DNA of 62,364 bases, filler included, from Stramenopiles sp. TOSAG23-2 (Eukaryota), in assembly GCA_900128395.1 (NCBI GenBank). It is 26 parts of 26 records of this genome, joined end to end, with 100 filler letters (N's around TTAATTAATTAA, not from the genome) between each part and the next. Parts side by side here need not be neighbours in the genome. Positions count along the whole stretch, not along the records: positions 33,767 to 36,063 come from LT651857.1; positions 36,164 to 38,460 come from LT651858.1; positions 38,561 to 40,857 come from LT651859.1; positions 40,958 to 43,252 come from LT651860.1; positions 43,353 to 45,645 come from LT651861.1; 21 more parts are not named here. The stretch is one strand, 5' to 3'. Below the pieces are notes generated by a model. That model was not told where the DNA came from, did not search any database, and worked only from the letters and a program-made list of their open reading frames with translations. Positions 34,010 through 45,745 of this stretch are shown here, piece by piece. Position 1 is the stretch's first letter, and the number at the start of each line of letters is the position of its first letter. Position numbers and translations under genes: made by a program.

Positions 34010-36063
34010 ATGTTTTATTTTACATTGCCGTCATATATTATGATAATGCAAGTATTGTTTATATTATTTGTATTGTTACAACCTAGCGGCACGTCTCCAA
34101 CAACTAATATATCACTTTTTCCAACTCAAAATATCAACGTTGTGGAAAATTTATATGGAAGCTTAACTTTAAATCAAATATCAACGACGGCGCATCATTC
34201 GACGTCTTTAACGTCTAGATTGGCATTTGATAAATACAAAGTTAGGCGTATTGATTACAACTACATTGTCGTAAAAGTTATATTTAATGAACCGTTATAT
34301 CTACATCGTATTGGTGATAAACTGGAAAGAAAAAATACTCACCATACAGAAACAAATATTATCAGACTTGGTAACCATGCACATGGTGCATTAAACAAGT
34401 TAATAAAGATACAATGTGACGATATCAAGTTTAATAAATATTTTTGTGGTATAAAACAGTTTGATGAATCTTTAACAAACCATAAATATCATAACTGTAT
34501 GTATGATTTAACTTCATCAAGGAAAAATAATTCTATATTAATATCTTCAAAAATAAATTTAGTATATGATAGTTTATCAAATGATTATTGTAATAATAAT
34601 TCGCCAAATGTTATATGTCTTTTGCTTCCATATCATCATCATCATCATGATAATAATAATAATAATAATAATAATACCAATTACCATCATGAGAATGAAA
34701 AATGTTCTATTGTTTTTAATAAAATAAATACAACAAAGAAAGAACAGGATAATATTTTTATCCTTGGAAATTTCCAAGGAGTACCGATTAGCGCAAGCCT
34801 TACAAATAATGTTCCTATAATTGCAAGCGAAGAGAAAAATAAAATCTATAATCAACCATTAGTTGCATATAGTGGTATGGATACTATAGCATTTCGTCGA
34901 TTTTTAAATGAGCCATTTTATAGAAATTTAAATGGCAAAAACAATATCACCATCACAACCAGTATTGTTGAAAATGCGGAAAGGGAAGTGAATACATTGA
35001 AAAAAGGACAATGTAAAGCATTACATAAATTTTTGAATAATAAAACAAAAGATGCTAGAAATGCGCTTCGATATGGTGCGCAGTTAAGCGACGGTTCAAT
35101 TATATCTGCAGTGGAGTTACATGAATCTTTGCACGACTTAATACGATCAAGAAGTGCTGAAGAGCCTGAAGACGGAGCTGGTGAACTTTGGGGCATTTTA
35201 TTAGAAGCAATACCAGCAGTAATAAGTAAATTATTTCGCTCAGAAGATCCGAGGGAGGAAGAAGAAATGGTGCACAAAATGAATGAAGTTTTACCAGTCA
35301 CATTGGGCGCAGAAGTTCCCCACATTGTAGCAGAAATGTTAGAACATGCATTGACATACAATATAACAAATATATTAACTGACTCGGTAACAGCAGCAGT
35401 GGAGCCAAGGCTCGCTAGCTCTATTTTTGAAGGTGTGACGGGAACTATTGAAATGGGCATATACCATGAAACTACCAATCGGGTACCACATGCCGTTTCG
35501 CAAACGGTCATTCCAACATTAGCTGAAAGAGTCAATCGTGCAATGCCGAGATTTCTTGAAAGGGAACTGGCATGCCGTTTAGTTTGGGCCTTGACGCGTA
35601 GTGTAACACATGCCGTCGTACCGACGTTGTCAAAATCATTAACGCATAATAATGATCAAGATTATTATTGTTATTTATGTTACTTTCACAAAGTACATTG
35701 TCAACAATGCCATAACAGTCCACAAAATTCGTATTATAATAATTACTACGGTGCATATTATACGGATTATTATAGTAAATATTATGGTGAATATTACACG
35801 GAAAGTTGTACTGGGAATGGGCCACCATGGCCGCCAGACCCAGGACCAGACCCATCGCCAGGACCATCGCCAGGGCCATCGCCAGGACCAGATCCTAATG
35901 ACATTCCTGGGTGTATGGATAGAAAAGCAGACAATTATAATCGAAAAGCAACTATAGACGATGAATCATGTACGTATCCACCAGGACCATCGCCAGGACC
36001 AGGGCCACCTCCTATTCCTGGTTGTACGCGTAAAGATGCATGTAATTATAATCCATTGGCAAC
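34010..36063 (+). CDS. Secreted multidomain protein (signal peptide, helical domain, Cys/Tyr-rich motif, PGPS linkers, GCxD...NYN repeats); 3'-partial
   Basis: Hydrophobic N-terminus, YYCYLCYFHKVHCQQCH...YYxxYY, IPGCMDRKADNYNRKATIDDESC and IPGCTRKDACNYNPLA. Confidence 0.8.
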
Positions 36064-36238
36064 NNNNNNNNNNNNNNNNNNNNNNNNNNNNNNNNNNNNN
36101 NNNNNNNTTAATTAATTAANNNNNNNNNNNNNNNNNNNNNNNNNNNNNNNNNNNNNNNNNNNNATAATAAAGTGAATATACAAATTTAACAAGGAGATCA
36201 TGTACAAATAAAAAGAATCAAAACAAAAGGACGAAACA

Positions 36239-38261
36239 ATGACAAGTTTCTTTGGTTTAGGTTCGTCTGATAATAGACGGAACAACAACAACAATAATAA
36301 TAACAATCGACAACGAAGAAATATTAATACATATCCTAATAGAAATGATGATACTATTAGAGAAATGGACAGTAATGAAATATCCTTACCAAAACTGGTA
36401 AAGTGTCGGTCCAAATTTAATTGCAATCTATGGGGAAGGGATGATTTATTAGGTCTGTGTACTTCATGCTATCGTGAATATGATTCTCGATTAAGGAGTT
36501 GTACAAAAAAAAGACATAGTGGCATGGTTATTGGAAAAACAAGGTTTAAATAATTTAGACGAAGCGTGTCTAGCATATGCGAAAGAATTGGTATATGGAA
36601 AAGAGGAAATTGTTGATCCTAAAAAAGTATCAGGTGTCATTACCTGGAAAACCCATTTTCGACCAAAAACCCAATATGACGTGATACCAGTGAAAGGACA
36701 TTCAGCTTGCACATATATTAGTGGATGTGCCGTCTTGACTGCATTATTAGCTAAGGATGAACCTGATCCCGAAGTTTGGAAATCATGCATTACTAAAGGT
36801 GTGAAAGCATTTCATTCTGCGAAGGAGGTCGATAAATCATTAGCCGGACACGTTAACTTAAGTGAAATTTTAGGATATTTATTAGTCACATTAAATGTTG
36901 ATATAAAACATGCAGATTTCATAAAACATAACGATACGTGTTGTATATTATCATCAAAAGGTTTAGATGATGAACAGAAAAAGAATTTATTGGCAACTGG
37001 AACATTATTTTCCATTTTAGAATTAACTGAATATTTTAAAACCGTATTAGCAAATGATTGGTCTGGAGTAGTCGTTACACGTCCACCTGAAACATGGTCT
37101 ATAGTTCGAGGTTCACATGGTCAAATTTTTTTAAGAGATAGTCATCGTTTATTGCAATATGATTTTAAATCATTAGAAGTATTTATAAAATTTGTGGAAG
37201 TGGATAATGCATATTTTGTACCAATGCCAGGATTTGGAATAGGCGGCAATCAAATATCGCTAACAGCAATAACATTCGATGATCAAGCTATGCTTGATTA
37301 TGATAATACAATTGCGAAAAAAATGCTAAGTGGTGAAGGTTTTGCTGATAATAATAATAATAATAACACTAGTAACAGAAAGAGCAACGCAGGGGTGAAT
37401 TATGTTGTATCTGGTCGTAAACGATTTAACAGGGTCTTAAGTATTGATCATCATACATCTTATGAAAATACAGGAAAAACTGGAAATGCTAATGCGCATA
37501 CATTACCAACAGAAATTATAAATCGATTATATTTGTCTGACGTACATGTAGCAAGAAATTTTAATTCATTGGAATCAGCAAATATTACTCACATTTTAAA
37601 TTTAACTGGGCCAGGACCAAATGGACATCCACGCTACTTCAATAAATTTGCAAATGAATATTGTGAAAAGAAGGATACTTATTTACATATATGTAATGTA
37701 TACGATAGCAATATTATTAATCGTAATCGTAATCGCAGAAACAGAAATAACAATAGAATGGTTGTTGATGACGATACCAATAACAATATCATTAGTTTAA
37801 CTGGCAATAGAACATGTACCTTGGAAGATTACATAAGTCGAAGTTTAACTTTTGTACAACGTGCATTACGTAGTCATCCTAAACATGCTGTATTAATACA
37901 TTGTGAAAGTGGGACAAATCTTAGTGCTGCTGTTGTCATAGCATATTTAATGAAGGAAACAGAGCATACTTTCAAAAGTAGCTTGGATTTATTGAGCACA
38001 AAGTTGATTGCTAATATGAACAAAATTAAACCAGATATGGGTACATTAATGCAATTAATGCAAGTTGAACTTCACTTCAAGAAAATAAATACTATAACAA
38101 AACAAGATATAAAAACAGATCATGTGATGAGTCGATTAGGTGACATGGGATTTCAAGCAGACAGAATCAAAGTACAACATTTATTAAGCAATCATAATGT
38201 AAGTGCAGTTGAAGCATTGTTAGTGCAAGAAGCTTTGGAAGTTCAAGCAGCTACTACGTAA
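36239..38261 (+). CDS. Fusion of A20-like Zn finger, putative VTD-type deubiquitinase, dual-specificity-phosphatase-like and UBA-like domains; frameshift in an A8 run (36505-36512)
   Basis: CRSKFNCNLWGRDDLLGLCTSCY; GHSACTYI...PPETW...LRDSH; PTEIINRLYLSD...VLIHCESGTNLSAAVVIAYLM; LGDMGF...AVEALL. Confidence 0.72.
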
Positions 38262-39190
38262 AAAACAATATATACTCTGTGTAATTAAAATATGTGTGTG
38301 TCTGTGTGTATAATATTTCGTGTACATACGCCTCTCGTATATATTACGAACGTAAAACTTTTACTACACGTATATTATTAATATATGTGCGACGAAGTAT
38401 ATATATTATAAAGAGGGAGAGATATAAAAAAGTGTAATTAATGTGTTTTAAAAAATGGTANNNNNNNNNNNNNNNNNNNNNNNNNNNNNNNNNNNNNNNN
38501 NNNNTTAATTAATTAANNNNNNNNNNNNNNNNNNNNNNNNNNNNNNNNNNNNNNNNNNNNATGTTGATGATCCACCAGTGCGTGAAGCTGGTATTAAAGT
38601 TGATGATGTTGATAGTTTAATGGATAAATTGAAGAATGAAGCCGGTGTTATGTGAAAAATGTAAAGAGGAAATATATATATATATTTAAAAGTGCTTTTT
38701 TGATTTTTTTGAGTGTGATCACGAAAATGTGTGTTCGGTGATGCTTTCATAAAAAAAATTAGAGAAAGAGGTGCGGTGAGATAAAAAATTTAAAACTCAA
38801 CACAAACAAAATAATAAAATTAAAATATAATATATACGTTTTAAACTAGAGACGGGGAGAGCGCATTTTAATATAATATGAGATCATTTTTCACATAAAT
38901 ACATGCATGTAGTGTGTACATTTTAAAATATACAAAGTTCGTACCTCACACCACACAAATTTACATATATAAACACACACACATCTATGTAAATAGAGAT
39001 GGATTGATGGATATTGCTGTGTGGAGGGATGGATTTTTTTAAATTTTTTTACCATATAAATAGCATTAGTCAAAAATATTAACAGGACCACATCATTGCA
39101 TCAAAACACCTGTGATCGATCAGAAAACAGCACGAGAAATAATGAATAAACTGATTTTATAGACTAAAATTATATTATTGTATACAGAGG

Positions 39191-39595
39191 GGGAAACAAT
39201 CGATTGACGATGACTCTAACTGTACTGGACAAATGTTATCATATATGTTAGGATGGCCACAAGCAACGTTTGCTTCGGAAATCGAAGTGGATGGTGATAA
39301 AATAAATGTTACCCGTGAAATTGATGGTGGTTTACAACATGTTGAATGTGGATTGCCAGCAGTTGTCACTGCTGATTTGCGTTTAAACGAACCACGTTAT
39401 GCAACTCTACCAAACATTATGAAAGCAAAGAAAAAACCAATTGAGACCATGTCACCAGATGATTTAGGTGTTGATATTAGCTCCAAATTAAAAGTTGTTC
39501 ATGTTGATGATCCACCAGTGCGTGAAGCTGGTATTAAAGTTGATGATGTTGATAGTTTAATGGATAAATTGAAGAATGAAGCCGGTGTTATGTGA
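39191..39595 (+). CDS. ETFB: Electron transfer flavoprotein beta subunit, 3' portion
   Basis: [16 protein letters not shown]...VTREIDGG...[22 protein letters not shown]. Confidence 0.95.
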   Translation, partial: GKQSIDDDSNCTGQMLSYMLGWPQATFASEIEVDGDKINVTREIDGGLQHVECGLPAVVTADLRLNEPRYATLPNIMKAKKKPIETMSPDDLGVDISSKLKVVHVDDPPVREAGIKVDDVDSLMDKLKNEAGVM

Positions 39596-40259
39596 AAAAT
39601 GTAAAGAGGAAATATATATATATATTTAAAAGTGCTTTTTTGATTTTTTTGAGTGTGATCACGAAAATGTGTGTTCGGTGATGCTTTCATAAAAAAAATT
39701 AGAGAAAGAGGTGCGGTGAGATAAAAAATTTAAAACTCAACACAAACAAAATAATAAAATTAAAATATAATATATACGTTTTAAACTAGAGACGGGGAGA
39801 GCGCATTTTAATATAATATGAGATCATTTTTCACATAAATACATGCATGTAGTGTGTACATTTTAAAATATACAAAGTTCGTACCTCACACCACACAAAT
39901 TTACATATATAAACACACACACATCTATGTAAATAGAGATGGATTGATGGATATTGCTGTGTGGAGGGATGGATTTTTTTAAATTTTTTTACCATATAAA
40001 TAGCATTAGTCAAAAATATTAACAGGACCACATCATTGCATCAAAACACCTGTGATCGATCAGAAAACAGCACGAGAAATAATGAATAAACAACTGGTTT
40101 TATAGACTAATATTATTGTATATACAGAGGCCATTTGGAACACTTAGGTGTATGTGGAAGGAAACATTAACCAACCAGAGTTACCTATTTTTACTTTGTG
40201 TGTGTGTGTGTGTTTGTGTTTATATTCGTGATTTAGATATAGTTATATAGTTTTAAATC

Positions 40260-40814
40260 ATGTCGTTATGGAGAGCATTTAAAGATAAGATATTGGCATT
40301 TAAGCCTGGTTCCATTAAATTTTACTTAAAAGCAAACGCAAAGTCAGCTGGACACGGTGGTTCATATCGTTATCCAGCCCCTGGTTCTCAACCACAAGCT
40401 TTTGTTCCTGGCCAGGAAAATGATGATTTGTTGTACGATACAAAGTACTACACGCGTGATTCAAGACGCCATCCAGAGCCTGCGTTCGTTATCAGTGGAC
40501 CTAAAACACCAAAACCTTTTATAGCAAATAGTGAACCATTACCGTTGTTAGGTAGTCCAGGGAATAATAATCCGGATGTATTAAAATATGATCCAACTGG
40601 ATTACGTTCAGCAATGAGTACAACTAATGATCAACATCGGGAAGCAATTCTAAAAGTGCGACCAACGCACTTACCACAACCATCGTGGTTGAAAGACCAA
40701 GGAAGTATATTAAAAGATTTAAAAGCAAAGGGATTACCACCTGTACCAGGTAAACCACACCATTGGGATATGCCGTTTGATACATATACAGATCATCCAG
40801 CATCAAGATGGTAA
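40260..40814 (+). CDS. Complex I accessory subunit, NDUFA7/B14.5a-like
   Basis: YRYPAPGSQ...YDTKYYTRDSRR motif and a Pro-rich C-terminus. Confidence 0.7.
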   Translation: MSLWRAFKDKILAFKPGSIKFYLKANAKSAGHGGSYRYPAPGSQPQAFVPGQENDDLLYDTKYYTRDSRRHPEPAFVISGPKTPKPFIANSEPLPLLGSPGNNNPDVLKYDPTGLRSAMSTTNDQHREAILKVRPTHLPQPSWLKDQGSILKDLKAKGLPPVPGKPHHWDMPFDTYTDHPASRW

Positions 40815-40957
40815 AAGATCTTTTTTTTTGAAGAGAGAGAGATAGAGAAAACGCAGGNNNNNNNNNNNNNNNNNNNNNNNNNNNNNNNNNNNNNNNNNNN
40901 NTTAATTAATTAANNNNNNNNNNNNNNNNNNNNNNNNNNNNNNNNNNNNNNNNNNNN

Positions 40958-41722
40958 CATTCAGCGAGAAGACTTTATTTATTAATTGAAAGATATAAAA
41001 GAGAGTTTCCACATGGTACGGTTGTCGGAAATGCAATACCAACACCTATCGTATGTGCATGTGATGAAGGCCGTATGGATGATGTAGAATTATTTGTGAA
41101 TCTTCATCCTTTTCACAAGTATATTACTAATCGTGATGTAAATGGCTACAGAGATGATATGACATTGAAAGATATGACGGGTCAAGTCGGTAAAGATAGT
41201 GATGGTTATGAATGGACACCTTTAATGGTAGCTGCAATGAATCTTCATCCTTTTCACAAGTATATTACTAATCGTGATGTAAATGGCTACAGAGATGATA
41301 TGACATTGAAAGATATGACGGGTCAAGTCGGTAAAGATAGTGATGGTTATGAATGGACACCTTTAATGGTAGCTGCAATGAAAGAACATTTCCAAGTAGT
41401 TAAATATTTAATTGAACAAGGTGAAGCTGATCCTAATATTGCAAATAGTGGTGGAGAGAATGCATTACATTGTGCAGTATGTTATAACGAAACAAATACT
41501 GAGTTGATTGAATTGTTATTAACTCATATGACTCTTGATAGTATTAATAAAGAAAACAACGATGGAGAAACTCCGTTAGATTTTTGTTATGAATGTAATT
41601 ACAGTCCAATTCGCCAAGAAATCATTGCACTTTTACGTTCAAAAGGTGGAATTGCAAATAAATTTGATGAAAATGGTAATCGTATAGATTCAGAAGATGA
41701 AGACGATTACGAAGATTACTAA
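40958..41722 (+). CDS. Ankyrin-repeat protein, 5'-partial, with an exact 141-nt internal duplication
   Basis: WTPLMVAAMKEHFQVVKYLIEQGEADPN, GENALHCAV and GETPLDF. Confidence 0.85.
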   Translation, partial: HSARRLYLLIERYKREFPHGTVVGNAIPTPIVCACDEGRMDDVELFVNLHPFHKYITNRDVNGYRDDMTLKDMTGQVGKDSDGYEWTPLMVAAMNLHPFHKYITNRDVNGYRDDMTLKDMTGQVGKDSDGYEWTPLMVAAMKEHFQVVKYLIEQGEADPNIANSGGENALHCAVCYNETNTELIELLLTHMTLDSINKENNDGETPLDFCYECNYSPIRQEIIALLRSKGGIANKFDENGNRIDSEDEDDYEDY

Positions 41723-42020
41723 AAATCAAAGAGAGAGAGAGAGAAGTCACATCTTGCATGTTTAATTATTGAATATATATAATAATATAAGATTTAACAC
41801 CAAGCATCTCTAGATATATCTATACACGCACACCCTCTTTCACTTGTTTTGTTGTGCATTTACAACCTCTCTTCATCCATCTCTCCTCTTATAAATCCTC
41901 TTTTTTCACCTTTTAATTCATTTTTGATTCGAACTAAGAAAATAGAAATAGAAATAAATAGAAATAGAAATAGAAATAGAAATAGAAATAGAAATATACA
42001 TATATATATATATATACAAC

Positions 42021-42615
42021 ATGGCATCCATTGCTACGGCGAATCCAACAACACCTCCTGCAAAACGACAACGGACGACATTACAACCTGCAACGATTGA
42101 AGCGTTAAAAGAAAAACATGCAGAACCTATTAACATTGGTATATTAGTTTTACCAGCTGGAATTGAATCAACATGTGGTATATTGACAAATATACTTGAA
42201 TATTTAGATATTAAAACATTATGTAATGTAAAACGATCTTCTTTGATACAACAATTTAGGAAAGCATATGGATCAGATGATTTTGAACGTGTACGTGATA
42301 CAGCATTGCAAATGGTATATGATAGAAGAAGTATCAATGAGATGGATACAACAATTTAGGAAAGCATATGGATCAGATGATTTTGAACGTGTACGTGATA
42401 CAGCATTGCAAATGGTATATGATAGAAGAAGTATCAATGAGATGATACAAACACATTCAGCGAGAAGACTTTATTTATTAATTGAAAGGTATCGAAGGGA
42501 GTTTCCATATGGTACAATGTATGGAGGCGTACCAACACCTATCGTATGTGCATGTGAACACGGACGTACGGATGATGTACAATCATTTGTAAACCTTCTT
42601 CGTGATGTGTTTTGA
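42021..42615 (+). CDS. Paralogue of the preceding ankyrin gene (5' part, F-box-like N-terminus); broken by a ~100-nt duplication and a chimeric 3' end
   Basis: ILTNILEYLDIKTLCNV, then HSARRLYLLIERY...PTPIVCAC shared with 40958-41100. Confidence 0.65.
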
Positions 42616-43164
42616 AAAATAGTTTTGTCGTCTTCCTCACCCGATGTAGATTTAGGAGCATTTTCATGTTGTCCAATGGTTCTAACAAATGTAAATGCAG
42701 ATGCAAATGGATAATCTTTAATTTCATCTTTTAAAATGGACAATGTCATTGCAACGTTACTATTACCACCCATATTAATAATTAATATTTGAACTACACC
42801 TTCATCATATAAACCACCAGGTGCAGAATTTAATTCATTAAAAATACTTCGAATCGTAGTTCGTAATTTAGATGAGGCAGGATCAATTACAGGGACAACA
42901 ATGTATAGCCATGGAGAAATATACGGTTCTGTTACCGTTGTTTTGCTTTCTTTTAAAGATTCTTGTTTCTTTAATGCAGCTGCATTGAAAAACGTAGGAA
43001 ATTCAATATCTGTATCTACATCTGATAATTTCCATTTACTACAATCAACAGTTGGTCCTTGTAATTTTATAGGCGTATCTTTTTTAACTGATTTTAGAAA
43101 CGAATTTGTATCTACTTCGTCCTTCTTCTTATCATCATTATTTTTGTTGTTGTTTTCATTATTA

Positions 43165-43205
<41 letters not shown>

Positions 43206-43251
43206 GCTTTTGCTTGCAACATTTGTTAAAGAATTACCACTATTGCTAATA
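42604..43251 (-). CDS. Internal fragment of a hypothetical protein (poly-Asn followed by a globular region), joined chimerically
   Basis: Open minus frame ...EPYISPWLYIVVPVID...VQILIINMGG... that abuts the ankyrin fragment. Confidence 0.55.
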
Positions 43252-43433
43252 CNNNNNNNNNNNNNNNNNNNNNNNNNNNNNNNNNNNNNNNNNNNNTTAA
43301 TTAATTAANNNNNNNNNNNNNNNNNNNNNNNNNNNNNNNNNNNNNNNNNNNNAAAAATATGAGTGAGAGAGATATCATATTTAATGCGAGTCACGAGTCG
43401 CGTATATGTTGAAATATGAATAAGATTTGATGG

Positions 43434-43722
43434 GTTAAAATCTAAGTTATGTCTATAATATTAATTAAATTAATACCACTTCTCGTGTTTAAGTAATATA
43501 TGCTCAAATACTCAATCGCAAGAATAATATTCTATTTAATCCTACTTAATTAGTAAAAGCTCTAATGCACCTCTACAAACTAATACTCTACAAGCATGAG
43601 TAGGTTTCTATCCTTCCGTGCGCACTCGTTAAACGCGCTGGACGCCGGGTTCACTCGAAAACTGTGAAACTGTGAGGATGTCGAAGTGAAAGATCCTGTT
43701 GTGAACAACAACCGGTAACTAT
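43434..43722 (-). repeat. Dispersed repeat family, copy B
   Basis: Aligns with 7347-7607 with scattered substitutions and indels. Confidence 0.85.
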
Positions 43723-44019
43723 AAATACTGAATATATTCATATACGTAAAATACGTACGAACCGTTCGTACAGAAATAGTCGAACTAAATGCATACTTCG
43801 TAGTATTTTTATTTTTTATTTAAATATATATCTTTTTTATTTTAACACCCCCGACGAAAATTAAATTAAATATTAAAATAATACGGAACTCGTAATTATT
43901 TACCGTGTTGTGGTAAATTTTTCAGTCATTTAAGCTTTATTGAGTCTACATTTAATCCTTTTGTCACCTTTTCCACTACTACTACCACCTCATTCGGGGT
44001 ATCTTCTACGACATTATCA

Positions 44020-44638
44020 TCAATCATTGTTGTCTTCTACCAAATAAGTATCTATTGTTTCTTGTTCTTGTTGTTTTAATAATTTATCAATATCTGCGTT
44101 CAAAATGTTTTCAAATGCTAATAAATTTGTTTCATTTTCCATAGAGATTAAAACATGATTCATATATTTTTTGCTTGTTAACGAAGATTTATTTTGTTGT
44201 CATTACTATCGTTATTATTATTACGTTTAAAGAAAGAACGGAAACTCCTAGATTTTATTTGCTTTTTTGAATTCTTAGTTTGAATCTCTTCTTGTTCAAT
44301 ACATAATTGAACGGTAAATGGATGCGCTGTCTCAAAGCCATTTAGTACACAATAGCTCACAAGCTTGCAGTCGATTTGCTTTAATTTTTTTATTGAATCA
44401 TGTCTTGAAATTGCATTCTCATCTCGGTTGTCATATAAGACTATTTTTTCTTCAACTTTCATTTTCTCATCGTTATCCAGCGATGCTTTATATAATACCA
44501 AGACACCGTCAGCTTTGGAACTCACAAATTTTTTAATCCATTTTTGTTTTTTAAACATCGACATAATTCCTTTTCCTTTGTCAAAACGTACATGTGCCCA
44601 CGCTTCTAGTTTATTTTTATTTTTTCTACCTCCGTTTT
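44020..44638 (-). CDS. PH-like domain protein; probable 1-nt frameshift near 44192
   Basis: LEAWAHVRFDKGKG...QKWIKKFVSSKADGVLVLYK...HPFTVQ; after the shift, NHVLISMENETNLLAFENIL. Confidence 0.55.
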
Positions 44639-45745
44639 TATTTTATATATATATATATGAAACAAAAGAAGACAAAGTAGGTAAATATGTGATTTTATAT
44701 ATAGATATATAACTCTACGGGGTTGAAGTCATACATAATCCTATAATATAATATATACATATGTTAGGACATATCTTTTCATTCAATTTATAGTAATAGA
44801 AGAGAAATGTGTGTGTGATTTTAGTTGAATATGGCCGACTTCTCCGTACTTGATGGGGACAAATGGTATACTAAATGTGCCTATCTATCGTATTGTTTTC
44901 GGGCTTTTTCATTTTTCAGGCACCAGCGCAGCGCTACAGCGCTATTGAACACCCTTAAATAGATTAAATCATTTGTCACAACATGATCGAGGATGAAAAT
45001 AGTACGATAAATCCAACTTTTATTACTATCAAACTCTTAATATTTTCATCCTCGGTTAGTTTGTTCCAAAATCCAATAATGCCTAAATTGAAAATAACAC
45101 CCCTTGTGTCTGTGCTATTGGTTTTAAGCGTACTACTATGCTAGAATACAATGGACACAGCATTGCCTACGATCCCATTTTGCTAGTGAAGAAACGTGAT
45201 TTGACCAACATTGAGTTTTCGGTCTCTCCCGCATGGGAATAGCATTACTGTATAATAAAGTTGAAGAGTAGGGTTCAAAGCGGCGGGTACTTTTTGGAAA
45301 AAAAAAACGTTCCGAACCGTTAGGAAAACATATATGTCATGTGGAAATTGAAAATGTGTACATGCATACTCGCACATACACATGCAAGAGATTACAAAAG
45401 AATAACAAAGTAAAAGAAAGAGAGAGCATCGATTAAATATATATAGTTATTGTTATTGATAAATTGCGAAAAAGAGAGAACATCGTATACATACATATAT
45501 ATATATAGTTATTGTTATTGATAAATTTTGAAGAAAAACATTTGGGAAGAAAATTAACAAACAAAATAAGACAAGATGTCGCAAACAATGAATGAAACGT
45601 TTGAAGTAGAAGCATTGAATAAATTATTAGAATCATTGGAATCGANNNNNNNNNNNNNNNNNNNNNNNNNNNNNNNNNNNNNNNNNNNNTTAATTAATTA
45701 ANNNNNNNNNNNNNNNNNNNNNNNNNNNNNNNNNNNNNNNNNNNN

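Noticed and set aside
38561-40130. Tandem duplication of the ETF-beta 3' end
   Set aside because: 38561-39190 repeats 39501-40130, identical except in the last ~60 nt, then jumps into mid-gene; haplotype or assembly artefact.
41098-42443. Exact 141-nt and ~100-nt internal duplications in the ankyrin genes
   Set aside because: Perfect identity, and one copy breaks the frame; most likely misassembly.
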